Source of the DNA: Chitinophagales bacterium
GTDB lineage: Bacteria; Bacteroidota; Bacteroidia; Chitinophagales; S012-47
NCBI GenBank assembly: GCA_015487695.1
Contig: WFPF01000018.1
Location: forward strand, 29,419-93,418
Reading direction: 5' to 3'
Length of the DNA stretch: 64,000 nucleotides
Part shown: one piece after another, positions 1 through 10,976 of the stretch
How positions within the stretch are numbered: position 1 is the first letter of the stretch
Layout of the letters: each line of letters starts with the position of its first letter
The notes under the pieces: generated by a model
What the model was told of the DNA's origin: nothing
Database searches by the model: none
Seen by the model: the letters and a program-made list of their open reading frames with translations, nothing else
Program-made: the position numbers and the translations under genes

Positions 1-1609
1 GCCGATTGTAAAAAAAGGCGACAAGGTGGAAGCCGGACAAATCCTTTGTGAGGGATATGCCACTCAAAACGGTGAGCTGGCGCTTGGGCAGAATATGAAA
101 GTGGCCTTTATGCCATGGAAAGGATACAACTTTGAGGATGCCATCGTGATATCCGAAAGAGTGGTGCGCGAGGACATTTATACGTCCATCCATATTGAAG
201 AATTTGATATGGAAGTGCGCGATACCAAACTGGGAGAAGAGGAACTGACACCGGATATTCCGAATGTCAGCGAAGAGGCTACCAAAGATCTGGACGAGAA
301 CGGAATTATCCGCCTCGGTGCCAGAATCAAAGAAGGAGACATCATCATCGGAAAGATCACTCCGAAAGGAGAATCGGACCCGACACCGGAAGAAAAACTT
401 CTGCGTGCCATCTTTGGCGACAAAGCCGGAGATGTGAAGGATGCATCGCTGAAAGCCCCGCCTTCATCGCATGGTGTGGTCATCCGCAAGCAACTCTATG
501 CACGTAAGAAGAAAGACAAGTTCAGCAAGCAGAAGGAAAAGATAGCACTTGAGAAGCTGGAAACACAGCATCAGAAGAAGCTGGCCGAACTGAAAGAAAA
601 ACTGATCAAGAAACTGGTTGCCATCACGCGCAACCGGGTGACAGAAGGTATCTCGAATGTTTATAAGGAAGAGCTGATTCCGAAAGGAACCAAGCTGAAC
701 GAGAAAAATCTCGCAACCCTCGAATTTGACAAAATCAATACCAACAACTGGATGCGTGATCAGGAAGCCAATGAGCTGATCAAAAGGCTGATCCATAATT
801 ATACCATCAAAGTCAACGAAGAAAACGGCTGGTACAAGAGGGAGAAATTCAACATTACGATAGGCGATGAACTGCCGACAGGAGTGCTCAAGCTGGCCAA
901 GGTGTATGTAGCCAAGAAGCGAAAGCTGAAAGTGGGTGACAAGCTGGCCGGTCGTCACGGAAACAAGGGGATTGTGGCCCGTATCGTACGGGACGAAGAC
1001 ATGCCGTTTCTGGATGACGGAACTCCGGTGGACATTGTACTGAACCCGCTGGGTGTGCCTTCGAGGATGAACCTCGGACAGATATACGAGACCGTACTCG
1101 GCTGGGCAGGTGAAAAACTGGGCCTCAAGTTCAGTACGCCCATCTTTGACGGTGCCAAGATTGAGGATATTGAAAAATACATCGACAAGGCAGGACTGCC
1201 GAAGCTGGGAACCACCTATCTCTATGACGGAGAAACGGGCGACCGCTTCCACCAGCCGGCTACGGTAGGGGTGATCTATATGCTCAAGCTCTCTCACATG
1301 GTCGATGACAAGATGCACGCCCGCTCAATTGGTCCTTATTCACTCATCACACAGCAACCCCTCGGTGGTAAAGCACAATTTGGGGGTCAGCGACTGGGTG
1401 AGATGGAAGTATGGGCCCTCGAAGCCTATGGTGCTGCCAACATTCTGCAGGAACTGCTGACTGTGAAGTCGGATGATATTCTCGGAAGGGCAAAAACCTA
1501 CGAGGCCATCGTGAAAGGCGACAACCTGCCCACACCAAGCATGCCCGAGTCATTTAATGTACTCCTGCATGAACTGCGTGGACTGGCCCTTGATCTGAAA
1601 TTTGATTAA
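1..1609 (+). CDS. rpoB: DNA-directed RNA polymerase subunit beta, C-terminal part (gene starts upstream of the window)
   Basis: Frame-2 ORF is open to the window edge. Translation carries invariant beta-subunit motifs ([63 protein letters not shown]). rpoC follows 21 nt after the stop. Confidence 0.97.
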   Translation, partial: PIVKKGDKVEAGQILCEGYATQNGELALGQNMKVAFMPWKGYNFEDAIVISERVVREDIYTSIHIEEFDMEVRDTKLGEEELTPDIPNVSEEATKDLDENGIIRLGARIKEGDIIIGKITPKGESDPTPEEKLLRAIFGDKAGDVKDASLKAPPSSHGVVIRKQLYARKKKDKFSKQKEKIALEKLETQHQKKLAELKEKLIKKLVAITRNRVTEGISNVYKEELIPKGTKLNEKNLATLEFDKINTNNWMRDQEANELIKRLIHNYTIKVNEENGWYKREKFNITIGDELPTGVLKLAKVYVAKKRKLKVGDKLAGRHGNKGIVARIVRDEDMPFLDDGTPVDIVLNPLGVPSRMNLGQIYETVLGWAGEKLGLKFSTPIFDGAKIEDIEKYIDKAGLPKLGTTYLYDGETGDRFHQPATVGVIYMLKLSHMVDDKMHARSIGPYSLITQQPLGGKAQFGGQRLGEMEVWALEAYGAANILQELLTVKSDDILGRAKTYEAIVKGDNLPTPSMPESFNVLLHELRGLALDLKFD

Positions 1610-1630
1610 TAACTTAAATGAGGTTTTTCT

Positions 1631-4600
1631 ATGCCTTTTAAGAAAGATAACAGAGTCAATACAGACTTTAAAAAAGTAACTATTACACTTTCATCCCCGG
1701 ACGCTATTCTGGAAAGATCGTACGGAGAGGTCAAAAAACCGGAGACCATCAACTACAGGACCTATAAGCCTGAAATGGATGGCCTCTTTTGCGAGCGGAT
1801 TTTCGGCCCGACCAAGGATTATGAATGTTACTGCGGGAAATACAAGCGGATTCGTTATAAAGGTATTGTCTGCGACCGCTGTGGTGTAGAGGTGACGGAA
1901 AAGAAAGTAAGGCGCGAACGCATGGGACATATCAAGCTGGTGGTCCCTATCGTACACATCTGGTACTTCAAATCGCTGCCGAATAAAATCGGATATCTGC
2001 TGGGTCTTTCTTCCAAAAAACTTGAATCGGTAATTTATTACGAGCGTTATCTCGTGGTAAACGCAGGAATCAAGGAGGAAGACGGAGTAGCACGCATGGA
2101 TCTCATTACGGAGGAAGAATATCTCGAGATCCTCGAGTCGCTACCACCGGAGAATCAGCAACTGCCGGATGAAGATCCGCAGAAATTTGTAGCCAAGATG
2201 GGTGCAGATGCCGTAGAAGATATTCTCGGCCGCATCGATCTGGATGAATTGTCTTATCAACTGAGACACCAGGCAGCTACTGAGACTTCTCAGCAGCGAA
2301 AAGCCGAGGCGCTGAAACGGCTGAGTGTGGTGGAAGCTTTCCGTGAAGGAAACAAACGCATCGAAAACAATCCGCAATGGATGGTGGTGCGCTATCTGCC
2401 TGTTATTCCGCCCGAATTGCGCCCGCTGGTTCCGCTCGATGGCGGCCGCTTTGCCAGTTCGGATCTTAACGACTTGTACCGAAGGGTGATCATCCGAAAC
2501 AACCGCCTGAAACGCCTGATTGAAATCAAAGCTCCGGAAGTGATTCTGCGAAATGAAAAACGCATGCTTCAGGAAGCGGTGGATTCGCTTTTCGACAATT
2601 CGAGGAAATCGAGTGCCGTGAAAGCCGAAGGTGGACGTGCCCTGAAATCGCTCAGCGATGTGCTCAAAGGCAAGCAGGGTCGTTTTCGTCAAAACCTGCT
2701 TGGTAAAAGGGTGGACTACTCGGGCCGTTCGGTTATCGTGGTAGGTCCCGAGCTGAAACTGCACGAATGCGGTATCCCGAAAGACATGGCAGCCGAGCTC
2801 TTCAAACCATTTATCATTCGCAAGCTCATCGAACGGGGCATTGTGAAAACCGTGAAGTCGGCCAAAAAACTGGTAGACCGCAAAGACAATGTGATATGGG
2901 ATATACTGGAGAATATCATGAAAGGACACCCGGTTATGCTCAACAGGGCGCCAACGCTTCACCGTCTTTCGATTCAGGCCTTCCAGCCAAAACTTATTGA
3001 GGGCAAAGCCATTCAGTTGCACCCGCTCGTTTGTACGGCATTCAATGCCGACTTTGACGGTGACCAGATGGCCGTGCATCTGCCGCTGGGAAGTGCCGCC
3101 ATCCTCGAAGCACAGATGTTGCTGCTTTCGGCTCACAACATTCTGAACCCTCAAAACGGAACACCCATCACCCTGCCTTCACAGGATATGGTATTGGGCC
3201 TTTACTACATCACCAAAGAAAAACGTTCGACCCGCTCGGTAAAAGTGCGTGGTGAGGGCATGACTTTCTATGGCCCGGAAGAAGTGGAAATAGCCTACAG
3301 CGAAGGAAAAATTGACCTTCACGCGGTGATCAAGGTGAAAACAACCATTGAAGACGAGGAATCGGGCAAGTTGGTAGATCGTGTGATTGAAACCACGGTC
3401 GGAAGGGTCATCTTCAATGCGGTGGTACCGGAGAAAGTGGGCTTTATCAACGAACTGCTGACGAAAAAGAACCTGAGGAAGATCATCAGCCGGGTGATCG
3501 ACCGCACGGACAACGTTACGACTACCAAGTTTCTGGATGATATTAAAAAGCTTGGTTTTTACTGGGCCTTCAAGGGGGGACTCTCCTTTAATCTGAGTGA
3601 TCTGATCATCCCGAAAGAAAAATATGAATTCCTGGCCGAGGCACAGAAAGAAGTGGATGAGGTCTGGGAAAACTATAACATGGGCTTTATCACCAACAAC
3701 GAGCGTTACAACCAGATTATCGATATCTGGACGCGGGTCAACTCACGCATTACGGGCATTCTGCTCGACAGCCTGAGCAAAGACAAGCAAGGGTTCAACT
3801 CGGTGTATATGATGCTCGACTCGGGTGCGCGGGGTTCGAAAGAACAAATCCGGCAGCTCGGAGGCATCCGGGGGCTGATGGCCAAACCGCGAAAATCCGG
3901 TGCCACCGGAGGCGGGGAGATTATCGAAAACCCGATTCTTTCAAACCTGAAAGAGGGCCTCTCGGTATTGGAATACTTTATCTCCACACACGGTGCGCGA
4001 AAAGGTCTGGCCGATACGGCCCTGAAAACAGCCGATGCCGGGTATCTGACAAGGCGATTGGTGGATGTGGCGCAGGACGTGGTCATTACCGATGAAGATT
4101 GTGGCACATTGAGGGGCATTGAGATTCAACCGCTGAAAGACAACGAAGATGTAGTGGAACCTTTGGCCGAGCGCATTGCCGGCCGGGTGAACCTGCATGA
4201 TGTGTATCATCCCGTGACGGATGAGATACTGGTGGAAGCCGGACAGGAAATTGATGAAAAACTGGCTCAACGCATTGAGGATGCCGGTATAGAAAAAATT
4301 GAAATCCGCTCGGTACTGACCTGTGAATCGAGAAGAGGAGTCTGTGTGAAATGCTACGGTCGAAATCTGACCAATAACCAGACCGCACAAAAAGGCGATG
4401 TGGTCGGTATCATTGCGGCCCAGTCCATTGGTGAACCGGGAACTCAGTTGACACTGCGTACATTCCACGTGGGTGGTACGGCATCGCACGCAGCCACCGA
4501 ATCCAAATTGGTGTCGAAGTTTGATGGTGTGGTTGAGTTTGACGGTATTAAAACCGTTGAATTTATCGATGAGGAAGGTGAGAAACACCTGCGGGTGCTG

Positions 4601-5962
4601 GGACGTACCGGTGAAGTGCGCATTTTGGAGCCCAAAACGAAAAAGCAACTCTCTGCCAATCACATTCCTTACGGTTCCGAGCTTCTGGTGAAGGACGGTA
4701 AGAAAGTGAAAAAAGGCGATGTGATTGCCACCTGGGATCCGTATAATGCCGTCATCCTTTCCGAATTCGAAGGCGAAATCAGCTTTGAAAATATCATCGA
4801 AGGGGTTACCGTTCGGGAGGAAGTGGATGAGCAGACAGGTCACCGCGAGAAAGTGCTGATCGAATCCAGGGACAAGAAAATGATCCCGGGTATTCAGATC
4901 ATCGACAAGAAAGGCAACGTACTGAGGAACTACAATATTCCGGTGGGTGCACACATTGCCGTGGATCAGGGCGAAAAAGTAAGAGCAGGGCAGGTAATTG
5001 TGAAGATTCCACGTATCCTCGGTAAGATCCGCGATATCACGGGTGGTTTGCCACGGGTAACCGAGCTCTTTGAAGCGCGTAATCCGTCCAACCCGGCTGT
5101 TGTGTCGGAAATTGACGGTGTGGTAACCTTCGGAGGTATCAAGCGGGGTAATCGTGAGATCATTGTGGAGTCGAAAGACGGAGTGAAGAAAAAATATCTC
5201 GTGCCCCTTACCAAGCACATCCTGGTGCAGGACAATGACTTTGTGACGGCCGGTTATCCGCTTTCGGACGGAGCCATCACCCCGGCCGATATTCTCTCGA
5301 TCAAGGGTCCGTTTGCAGTGCAGAAATATATTGTAAACGAGATTCAGGAAGTATATCGCCTCCAGGGTGTGAAAATCAATGACAAACACATTGAGGTGAT
5401 TGTTCGCCAGATGATGCGTAAAGTGAAGATTGAAGATGCCGGTGATACCCGCTTCCTCGAAGGCGAGGCCGTGGATAAATTCGATTTCATTGAGGAAAAT
5501 GATAAACTCTACGACAAAAAAGTAGTGGTAGATCCGGGTGATTCCAATAAACTGAAGGCCGGGCAGATCGTCTCGCTTCGACAGTTGAGAGAGGAAAACT
5601 CCTACCTCAAGAGAAACGACCTGAAGCCCGTGGAATTCAGGGATGTCAAGCTGGCAACCTCTTCTCCGCTCCTGCAGGGTATTACCAAATCCTCACTCGG
5701 AACGCAAAGCTGGATTTCGGCCGCTTCCTTCCAGGAAACGACCAAAGTGCTCAGTACAGCTTCTATTGCTGCCAAGGAAGATTATCTCATGGGACTGAAG
5801 GAGAATGTCATTGTGGGGCACAAGATTCCCGCGGGAACGGGCTTGCGCGAGTTTGAAGGTATCATCGTGGGATCAAAAGAGGAATATGACAGACTGATGG
5901 CTAAAAAACAGATGAAAAACGAAGAAGTGATAGAGGAAGAGAGCGAAGCGCAGGAAGGATAG
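1631..5962 (+). CDS. rpoC: DNA-directed RNA polymerase subunit beta'
   Basis: 1443-aa ORF with a zinc-binding CYCGKY...CDRCGVEV segment and the catalytic [12 protein letters not shown] motif. Conserved C-terminal [17 protein letters not shown] block and classical position after rpoB. Confidence 0.97.
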   Translation: MPFKKDNRVNTDFKKVTITLSSPDAILERSYGEVKKPETINYRTYKPEMDGLFCERIFGPTKDYECYCGKYKRIRYKGIVCDRCGVEVTEKKVRRERMGHIKLVVPIVHIWYFKSLPNKIGYLLGLSSKKLESVIYYERYLVVNAGIKEEDGVARMDLITEEEYLEILESLPPENQQLPDEDPQKFVAKMGADAVEDILGRIDLDELSYQLRHQAATETSQQRKAEALKRLSVVEAFREGNKRIENNPQWMVVRYLPVIPPELRPLVPLDGGRFASSDLNDLYRRVIIRNNRLKRLIEIKAPEVILRNEKRMLQEAVDSLFDNSRKSSAVKAEGGRALKSLSDVLKGKQGRFRQNLLGKRVDYSGRSVIVVGPELKLHECGIPKDMAAELFKPFIIRKLIERGIVKTVKSAKKLVDRKDNVIWDILENIMKGHPVMLNRAPTLHRLSIQAFQPKLIEGKAIQLHPLVCTAFNADFDGDQMAVHLPLGSAAILEAQMLLLSAHNILNPQNGTPITLPSQDMVLGLYYITKEKRSTRSVKVRGEGMTFYGPEEVEIAYSEGKIDLHAVIKVKTTIEDEESGKLVDRVIETTVGRVIFNAVVPEKVGFINELLTKKNLRKIISRVIDRTDNVTTTKFLDDIKKLGFYWAFKGGLSFNLSDLIIPKEKYEFLAEAQKEVDEVWENYNMGFITNNERYNQIIDIWTRVNSRITGILLDSLSKDKQGFNSVYMMLDSGARGSKEQIRQLGGIRGLMAKPRKSGATGGGEIIENPILSNLKEGLSVLEYFISTHGARKGLADTALKTADAGYLTRRLVDVAQDVVITDEDCGTLRGIEIQPLKDNEDVVEPLAERIAGRVNLHDVYHPVTDEILVEAGQEIDEKLAQRIEDAGIEKIEIRSVLTCESRRGVCVKCYGRNLTNNQTAQKGDVVGIIAAQSIGEPGTQLTLRTFHVGGTASHAATESKLVSKFDGVVEFDGIKTVEFIDEEGEKHLRVLGRTGEVRILEPKTKKQLSANHIPYGSELLVKDGKKVKKGDVIATWDPYNAVILSEFEGEISFENIIEGVTVREEVDEQTGHREKVLIESRDKKMIPGIQIIDKKGNVLRNYNIPVGAHIAVDQGEKVRAGQVIVKIPRILGKIRDITGGLPRVTELFEARNPSNPAVVSEIDGVVTFGGIKRGNREIIVESKDGVKKKYLVPLTKHILVQDNDFVTAGYPLSDGAITPADILSIKGPFAVQKYIVNEIQEVYRLQGVKINDKHIEVIVRQMMRKVKIEDAGDTRFLEGEAVDKFDFIEENDKLYDKKVVVDPGDSNKLKAGQIVSLRQLREENSYLKRNDLKPVEFRDVKLATSSPLLQGITKSSLGTQSWISAASFQETTKVLSTASIAAKEDYLMGLKENVIVGHKIPAGTGLREFEGIIVGSKEEYDRLMAKKQMKNEEVIEEESEAQEG

Positions 5963-5990
5963 ATTTTCATTTCTTTGGCAAATCAGGAAG

Positions 5991-6041
5991 AAGCCGGAAG
6001 GCATGACTATATTTGTAGTCTTGCTTACCGGCTTTTTTTTA
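5991..6041 (+). terminator. Rho-independent terminator after rpoC
   Basis: AAGCCGG (5991-5997) pairs with CCGGCTT (6028-6034), with extra inner pairs. A T8-9 run follows immediately (6033-6041). Confidence 0.55.
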
Positions 6042-6059
6042 TTAAAACAATCGAAGAAT

Positions 6060-6398
6060 ATGGCAGACGACAAAAAAAATCCCAATGCACCCCAGGAAGG
6101 AGCGTTGAACATAGAATTATCAGAAGATGTAGCCGAGGGTATCTACTCCAATCTGGCTATTATCACGCACAGCAACAGCGAGTTTATCATTGATTTTATA
6201 AAAGTTCTACCGGGCGTGCCCAAGGCCAGGGTGAAATCAAGAATCTTGCTGACACCCCAGCATGCCAAACGACTGGTCAATGCCCTGCAGGATAATATCT
6301 CAAAATATGAACAGCATCATGGCAAGATTGCGGATACGGGATCAGGTCCCGGCCCCAATATGCCGATGAATTTCGGAGGACCTACCGCGCAGGCATAA
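6060..6398 (+). CDS. DUF3467 domain-containing protein
   Basis: Sequence MADDKK...LNIELSEDVAEGIYSNLAIITHSNSEFIIDFI...ARVKSRILLTPQHAKRL matches the small conserved protein usually found just downstream of rpoC in Bacteroidota. ATG 6060 chosen because the longer ORF (from 6003) would run through the rpoC terminator. Confidence 0.7.
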   Translation: MADDKKNPNAPQEGALNIELSEDVAEGIYSNLAIITHSNSEFIIDFIKVLPGVPKARVKSRILLTPQHAKRLVNALQDNISKYEQHHGKIADTGSGPGPNMPMNFGGPTAQA

Positions 6399-6408
6399 TT
6401 AATCCGGC

Positions 6409-7566
6409 ATGCAGCAAGGCTATTCACCATCCCGCTACCGCATCGGAATCCTCGGAGGAGGACAATTGGGCAAAATGTTGCTCGAGGCGGCTTCGCGCTG
6501 GGATCTCGATATCCATGTGCTCGATCCCGATCCGGAGTGCCCGGCTTCCCGGCTCACCAATAATCACCATGTGGGGTCTTTTCGTGACTATGAAGAGGTG
6601 CTTCGTTTCGGTGAAAAAATGGATTGCCTCACGATCGAAATAGAAGACGTAAGTACGGAAGCCCTGAAGGTACTTGAAAAGAAGGGTGTATTGATCAACC
6701 CGTCTCCGTCTGCCATCGAAAGAATCCGCGACAAGGGTCTTCAGAAGGAATTTCTCAGAGCACACGAGATCCGGACGGCTGATTTCAGTCTCTATGAAGG
6801 CAGGAAGGCCATTGAAGCGGCCCTTGCCACGGGAGAACTTCGTTTTCCCTTTGTGCAGAAGTTGCGCAGAGGGGGATATGACGGGCGGGGTGTGCAGGTC
6901 ATCCGGTCGCAGGCAGATATGCAGCACTGCATGGAGGGGCCTTCGCTGGTCGAGGACCTCGTGGAGCTGAAAAAGGAACTGGCCGTCATCTGCGCCCGCA
7001 ATGCACGGGGCGAACTGAGCTGCTATCCGGCCGTTGAGATGGTTTTTGATCCCCGGGCCAATCTCCTGGAGTATCTGCTGGCACCGGCCCGCATCACGGA
7101 AGAGAAACTGCGCGAAGCCGAAGTGCTGGCCCGCAAGTGTATAAAAGCCTTTGACATTTCAGGACTCCTTGCCGTGGAATTGTTCCTGGATGAACGGGAT
7201 CAGCTTTGGGTCAATGAAGTGGCCCCCCGGCCGCACAACAGCGGACATCACAGCATCGAAAGTGCATGGACCTCCCAGTTTGAACAGCATCTGAGGGCCA
7301 TCCTCAACTGGCCCCTTGGTCCGGCAACGCTGCATCATTCTGCTGCGATGATAAATCTTCTCGGGAGCGAAGGAGCACAGGGAGAAGCACGCTACGAAGG
7401 ATTTGAGCAAATACTGGGCATGGAAAGGGTTTTCGTACATCTCTATGGAAAAAAGAAAACACGGCCATTCCGGAAGATGGGGCATGTCACCCTCATTGAT
7501 GACGATGAGCAGCGGGCCATTGAGAAAGTGAAATACATTCGAAACCTGTTAAAAGTACGATCATGA
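6409..7566 (+). CDS. purK: N5-carboxyaminoimidazole ribonucleotide synthase
   Basis: ATP-grasp protein with N-terminal [13 protein letters not shown] and the PurK-typical [20 protein letters not shown] overlap with purE. Confidence 0.9.
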   Translation: MQQGYSPSRYRIGILGGGQLGKMLLEAASRWDLDIHVLDPDPECPASRLTNNHHVGSFRDYEEVLRFGEKMDCLTIEIEDVSTEALKVLEKKGVLINPSPSAIERIRDKGLQKEFLRAHEIRTADFSLYEGRKAIEAALATGELRFPFVQKLRRGGYDGRGVQVIRSQADMQHCMEGPSLVEDLVELKKELAVICARNARGELSCYPAVEMVFDPRANLLEYLLAPARITEEKLREAEVLARKCIKAFDISGLLAVELFLDERDQLWVNEVAPRPHNSGHHSIESAWTSQFEQHLRAILNWPLGPATLHHSAAMINLLGSEGAQGEARYEGFEQILGMERVFVHLYGKKKTRPFRKMGHVTLIDDDEQRAIEKVKYIRNLLKVRS

Positions 7567-8081
7567 ATATTCTCGCAGGAATTGTAATGGGATCCGATTC
7601 CGACCTACCGGTGATGGAAAAGGCATCAGCGGTACTTATCGAACTGGGCATCCCCTTTGAACTCACCGTTGTCTCAGCGCATCGTACACCTGCCCGCATG
7701 ATGGAGTATGCAGCCGGTGCACATAAAAGAGGCCTGAAAGTGCTCATTGCCGGAGCCGGTGGTGCCGCCCACCTGCCGGGAATGTTGGCAGCCGTTACAC
7801 CCCTGCCCGTGATAGGTGTGCCCGTCAGGTCTTCGAACAGCATCGATGGCTGGGACAGCATATTATCAATTTTGCAGATGCCCTCGGGTGTGCCTGTGGC
7901 CACGGTGGCCCTCAACGGAGCACGGAATGCGGGCATTCTGGCGGCCCGGATTCTCTCAGTGGCCGATGAAGCACTGCAGGAGAAATTGATCCTCTTCATG
8001 GAAGAACAGAAGCAAAAGGTGGAAGGAAAGGTGAAAGCACTAAAGGACAAAGGCTTTCCCAATGAGTTTGACCGCTTTTGA
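7563..8081 (+). CDS. purE: N5-carboxyaminoimidazole ribonucleotide mutase
   Basis: 172 aa with GSDSDLPVM and [10 protein letters not shown] motifs. Translationally coupled to purK. Confidence 0.93.
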   Translation: MNILAGIVMGSDSDLPVMEKASAVLIELGIPFELTVVSAHRTPARMMEYAAGAHKRGLKVLIAGAGGAAHLPGMLAAVTPLPVIGVPVRSSNSIDGWDSILSILQMPSGVPVATVALNGARNAGILAARILSVADEALQEKLILFMEEQKQKVEGKVKALKDKGFPNEFDRF

Positions 8082-8130
8082 AGCAATGACCCTCTTTCTC
8101 CAAACTGCTCATTTTATTGATATCTTCTTC

Positions 8131-8388
8131 CGGGCCTTCGGGTCAGATTACTTCGTGATCTGCAAGATGGGGGGAGTTCTCATCCAAAGCCCCCGTCCGC
8201 TGCCTGCGGCACCGTCCTGCTTTTTCTTTCCTCCGGCCCCTGAAAGCAAGCTTTCGGGCCTTCGGGTCAGATTACTTCGTGATCTGCGAGATGGGGTAGT
8301 TCTCATCCAAAGCCCCCGTCCGCTGCCTGCGGCATCGTCCGGCTTTTTCTTTCCTCCGGCCCCTGAAAGCAAGCTTTCGGGCCTTCGG
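8131..8388. repeat. Tandem direct repeat: two full units (124 and 123 bp) plus the first 11 nt of a third
   Basis: Direct comparison of 8131-8254 with 8255-8377 shows 4 substitutions and one 1-nt indel in a G-run. 8378-8388 repeats the unit start CGGGCCTTCGG. Confidence 0.92.
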
Positions 8389-8427
8389 AAATAAAAAGCC
8401 CCGGTCAATCGAATTGACCGGGGCTTT
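8388..8427 (-). terminator. Rho-independent terminator of tRNA-Pro
   Basis: Perfect 12-bp stem GCCCCGGTCAAT / ATTGACCGGGGC (8398-8409 / 8413-8424), extendable by AAA/TTT. On the minus strand it is followed by TTTTTATTT. Confidence 0.7.
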
Positions 8428-8434
8428 GGATGAG

Positions 8435-8509
8435 TCGGGGTAGGCAGATTCGAACTGCCGGCCTCACGCCCCCCAGACGTGCGCTCTAACCGGACTGAGC
8501 TATACCCCG
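8435..8509 (-). tRNA. tRNA-Pro (anticodon GGG)
   Basis: The minus-strand 75-nt sequence CGGGGTA-TA-GCTC-AGTCCGGTTA-GAGC-G-CACGT-CTGGGGG-GCGTG-AGGCC-GGCAG-TTCGAAT-CTGCC-TACCCCG-A folds by hand into a full cloverleaf. T-loop is TTCGAAT and the anticodon loop CTGGGGG gives GGG. CCA is not encoded. Confidence 0.9.
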
Positions 8510-8554
8510 AATGCGGGCTGCAAATTTACGAAGTGGCGGCTTCTTTTTGAATTC

Positions 8555-9412
8555 TTATCCGACTTTCTTCTTTGCTTTCCACCTGCGATGGCTCCAAAGC
8601 CAGAGGGCCGGGTCTTCCCGGATTTCTTCTTCCAGTTTTTTGACGTAGTCGCCTATGGGGTCCTTTTCATCCAGGAGTTCAAAGCTCAGCCGGTAATGCC
8701 CCCGTTTCACTTTGCTGAAACGTCCGAAGATGACGACACTTCCCGTACGGCTGCTCAGCTTGTTTGCAATGTTGTAAAAGGCTGTGTCCTGTCCGAGAAA
8801 AGAATACCAGTGGCATTGAGACAGATTGGACGGTGACTGGTCATAGAGAATCAGGGTCAGGGTTTGCTTTTCTTTTTCTCCGAGCAGGCTCCGCGCCATT
8901 TCATTCTGGGGAATAAGCACAACGTTATATCGATTCCGTGAGGCTTTGAGCAGGCGATTGAAGACAGGCGATTTAAGAGGGCGGTAAACGGCCTGATTGA
9001 TAAATGGCGAGTAGTTGTAAAGCCCGATTTTGACGTATTCCCAGTTGGCATAATGGCCAACCAGGAGCAAGCACGAGCGGCCTTCTTTATATACCTTTTC
9101 AAGCAGTTCTGCATGCTTGATTTCAAGCCGGGCCGCCTGTTTATCCATTGGCTGCGAAATGCTTTTTATGTTCTCGAAAAGGATATCCGAAAAATGCTTG
9201 TAAAAACTTCTTCGGAGCATTTTCAGCTCATGCACTGACTTCTCTGGGAAGGAACGGCCAAGGTTGCCTAGTATCACTTGATGGCGATAGCGAATGAGGT
9301 GTTCTAAAACGAGCGCAAGCAGATCGCTGAAAAAATAAAGTATCCGCATGGGGAGCAGCGAAAAGAGATAGATCAACGAATACAAGAGGTAAAACTGAAA
9401 ATTCTCCCACAT
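8555..9412 (-). CDS. LpxL/HtrB-type lipid A (lysophospholipid) acyltransferase family protein
   Basis: N-terminal TM segment plus the HxxNWE acyltransferase motif (LLVGHYANWEY). ATG 9412 chosen; the longer ORF to 9490 would overlap the upstream gene. Confidence 0.7.
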   Translation of the reverse strand: MWENFQFYLLYSLIYLFSLLPMRILYFFSDLLALVLEHLIRYRHQVILGNLGRSFPEKSVHELKMLRRSFYKHFSDILFENIKSISQPMDKQAARLEIKHAELLEKVYKEGRSCLLLVGHYANWEYVKIGLYNYSPFINQAVYRPLKSPVFNRLLKASRNRYNVVLIPQNEMARSLLGEKEKQTLTLILYDQSPSNLSQCHWYSFLGQDTAFYNIANKLSSRTGSVVIFGRFSKVKRGHYRLSFELLDEKDPIGDYVKKLEEEIREDPALWLWSHRRWKAKKKVG

Positions 9413-9425
9413 GAAACGGCCCTGT

Positions 9426-10901
9426 TTATTGATCTTTGAAAAGCTCGTCATTGGAGTTTCCGAATGTTCCGGGCCGTTCCTGTTTATCAAAACCGGGGGT
9501 TACATTGAAGGCATTTCGGACGATGAGCTCCCAGTTTTCATTTTTTAGTTCTCCGGTAGCATTGGAATGGATCAATTCAAAATTGTTGCTGACCAGATCG
9601 GTGGCTTTAAAAACAAAAATAATGTTGGTCTCTCCGAAAGGTGTCCGGTTATAGCGCCAGATTTCGTAAGGATTGGCATCGGTTTCGTATTTGGATTCGA
9701 AGCGTTCGTCCGGTTCCCCATACTCCAGATAAACCCGGCCCCGGTCGCTTTCATAGCTTCTGCGATTCATTATTGCAAATTCATTTCTCACAACAGCAAG
9801 TCTTTTTTTATAGCGTTGCCAGGCTTTCTCCGGTGCTTCCAGGTTGCGGTTAGACCAGAAATGATAGAAAAACTGGCGCATGAGCAGCGTGTCTCCCTTC
9901 GCGAGGATGGTGTTGATAGCCTGGGCCTCCAGGTTGCTTGCCACCGGTTTCAGTGCGTTGAGGTACCAGTCCAGTTCATCGGATGGCAGCTCTCCGGCAA
10001 AAGTAGAATCAATATTGAGGTTGGCGGCTTCATTGGCGGCTTCGGCTTTTCTTTCGGAGTTGCGGTAAAAGAGCATCTCTCTGCTTGTGATCAGGTGATT
10101 CTCGCGGTTTCGCACTTCCATCAGCAGGCGATATTTGCCGCGGGGAAGCTCTTCGATATGCAGATTCCCGAGTATCGGGTTCACTGCGGCACCTTTTATT
10201 TTAGTAAACGAAAACAGACCCGGCACGGGTTTGTCACTTTCGAGCGGATAGATGCCGTAGGTGACCAATACATCTTCGTCAAGGTATTCTTCATCAAGAT
10301 TATAGATTTCCGTATAAAAGTGAAGGGTCCCGGCCGATGCCGGATAGTAGTTTACAAAGTGGGGATAAAGAATGAGGCCGTTCTTTTTGAAGATGTGCTC
10401 TTTTGAACTGCTGACCACACTGTCCAGCAGCCGGAAATCGGAAAGGGCAACGGCTCCCGGTTCAAAGTGGATCGTAAGCGAGTCCGGAGGGTACGTGGTG
10501 ATGCGGTCGGGGTTGTGTACGTCTTTCAGTTTTATTTCTACATCGTAGCGTCCGTTTGGCAGTACGATCCTGCGCATGGCTATGAGGTTGAAGTGCCCGG
10601 GATTGTCAAGAAAAATCTGAGGAGAAAGCAGGTCCACCTTGTCATAGGTGATGACCTTGTCGTTCTGAAGAAAAAGGATGGTAAATTCGATCCCCGCATT
10701 TTTCATTCCGTTCGCCTCTTTAAAGGTGAGTGAGGAAGCATCAACCGAGATAAGAACCTCTACAAAAGGGGTCTCGGAGGGTGTGTTATAGCGATTGATT
10801 TCAAACCAGCATTTTATTTCCTGCGTTGTCGGACCCTGTCCGTGCACGGGAAGGATGCCGAAAGCTATTAATAGGAGAGTGAAAATCTTAGATATGCTCA
10901 T
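9426..10901 (-). CDS. GWxTD domain-containing secreted protein
   Basis: Signal peptide MSISKIFTLLLIAFGILPVHGQ. C-terminal block SYESDRGRVYLEYGEPDERF...NPYEIWRY fits the GWxTD-domain pattern (GW.TDRG..Y...G.PD...YE.W.Y), with the GW replaced by SY. Confidence 0.6.
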   Translation of the reverse strand: MSISKIFTLLLIAFGILPVHGQGPTTQEIKCWFEINRYNTPSETPFVEVLISVDASSLTFKEANGMKNAGIEFTILFLQNDKVITYDKVDLLSPQIFLDNPGHFNLIAMRRIVLPNGRYDVEIKLKDVHNPDRITTYPPDSLTIHFEPGAVALSDFRLLDSVVSSSKEHIFKKNGLILYPHFVNYYPASAGTLHFYTEIYNLDEEYLDEDVLVTYGIYPLESDKPVPGLFSFTKIKGAAVNPILGNLHIEELPRGKYRLLMEVRNRENHLITSREMLFYRNSERKAEAANEAANLNIDSTFAGELPSDELDWYLNALKPVASNLEAQAINTILAKGDTLLMRQFFYHFWSNRNLEAPEKAWQRYKKRLAVVRNEFAIMNRRSYESDRGRVYLEYGEPDERFESKYETDANPYEIWRYNRTPFGETNIIFVFKATDLVSNNFELIHSNATGELKNENWELIVRNAFNVTPGFDKQERPGTFGNSNDELFKDQ

Positions 10902-10951
10902 GTAAAATTGCTTGGCAATAAACTAAGGTAAATAAGATCGTTCAATTAAAA

Positions 10952-10959
10952 TAAGTTTG
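10952..10959 (+). promoter_or_regulatory. Candidate Bacteroidota -7 promoter box (TAAGTTTG)
   Basis: Perfect match to TAnnTTTG, 17 nt upstream of the ATG at 10977. No convincing -33 TTG at canonical spacing. Confidence 0.3.
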
Positions 10960-10976
10960 CAAAAGCAAATTTTACA

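Noticed and set aside
500-930. Lys/Glu-rich roughly 140-aa insertion in rpoB upstream of [12 protein letters not shown], considered as a possible intein or foreign insertion
   Set aside because: It sits at the known hot spot for lineage-specific beta-subunit insertions, equivalent to the dispensable region just before this motif in E. coli. It has no intein splice motifs and is in frame with normal flanks.
2141-5389. Long antisense ORFs inside rpoC (2141-3154, 3941-5389), with others inside parE/parC (31728-32660, 32814-33740) and the OstA-like gene (19659-20621)
   Set aside because: These are shadow ORFs opposite highly conserved genes. There is no independent start context, promoter or motif support.
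8131-8388. Possible CRISPR array
   Set aside because: The units are contiguous with no spacers, are about 124 bp long (far longer than CRISPR repeats), number only two and a bit, and no cas genes occur in the window.
8062-8408. ORFs of 110 aa (+) and 86 aa (-) spanning the tandem repeat
   Set aside because: The two repeat units are 124 and 123 bp, so the reading frame is not preserved between copies; the peptides differ in the first part of each unit. The proline- and serine-rich translations are by-products of the repeat.
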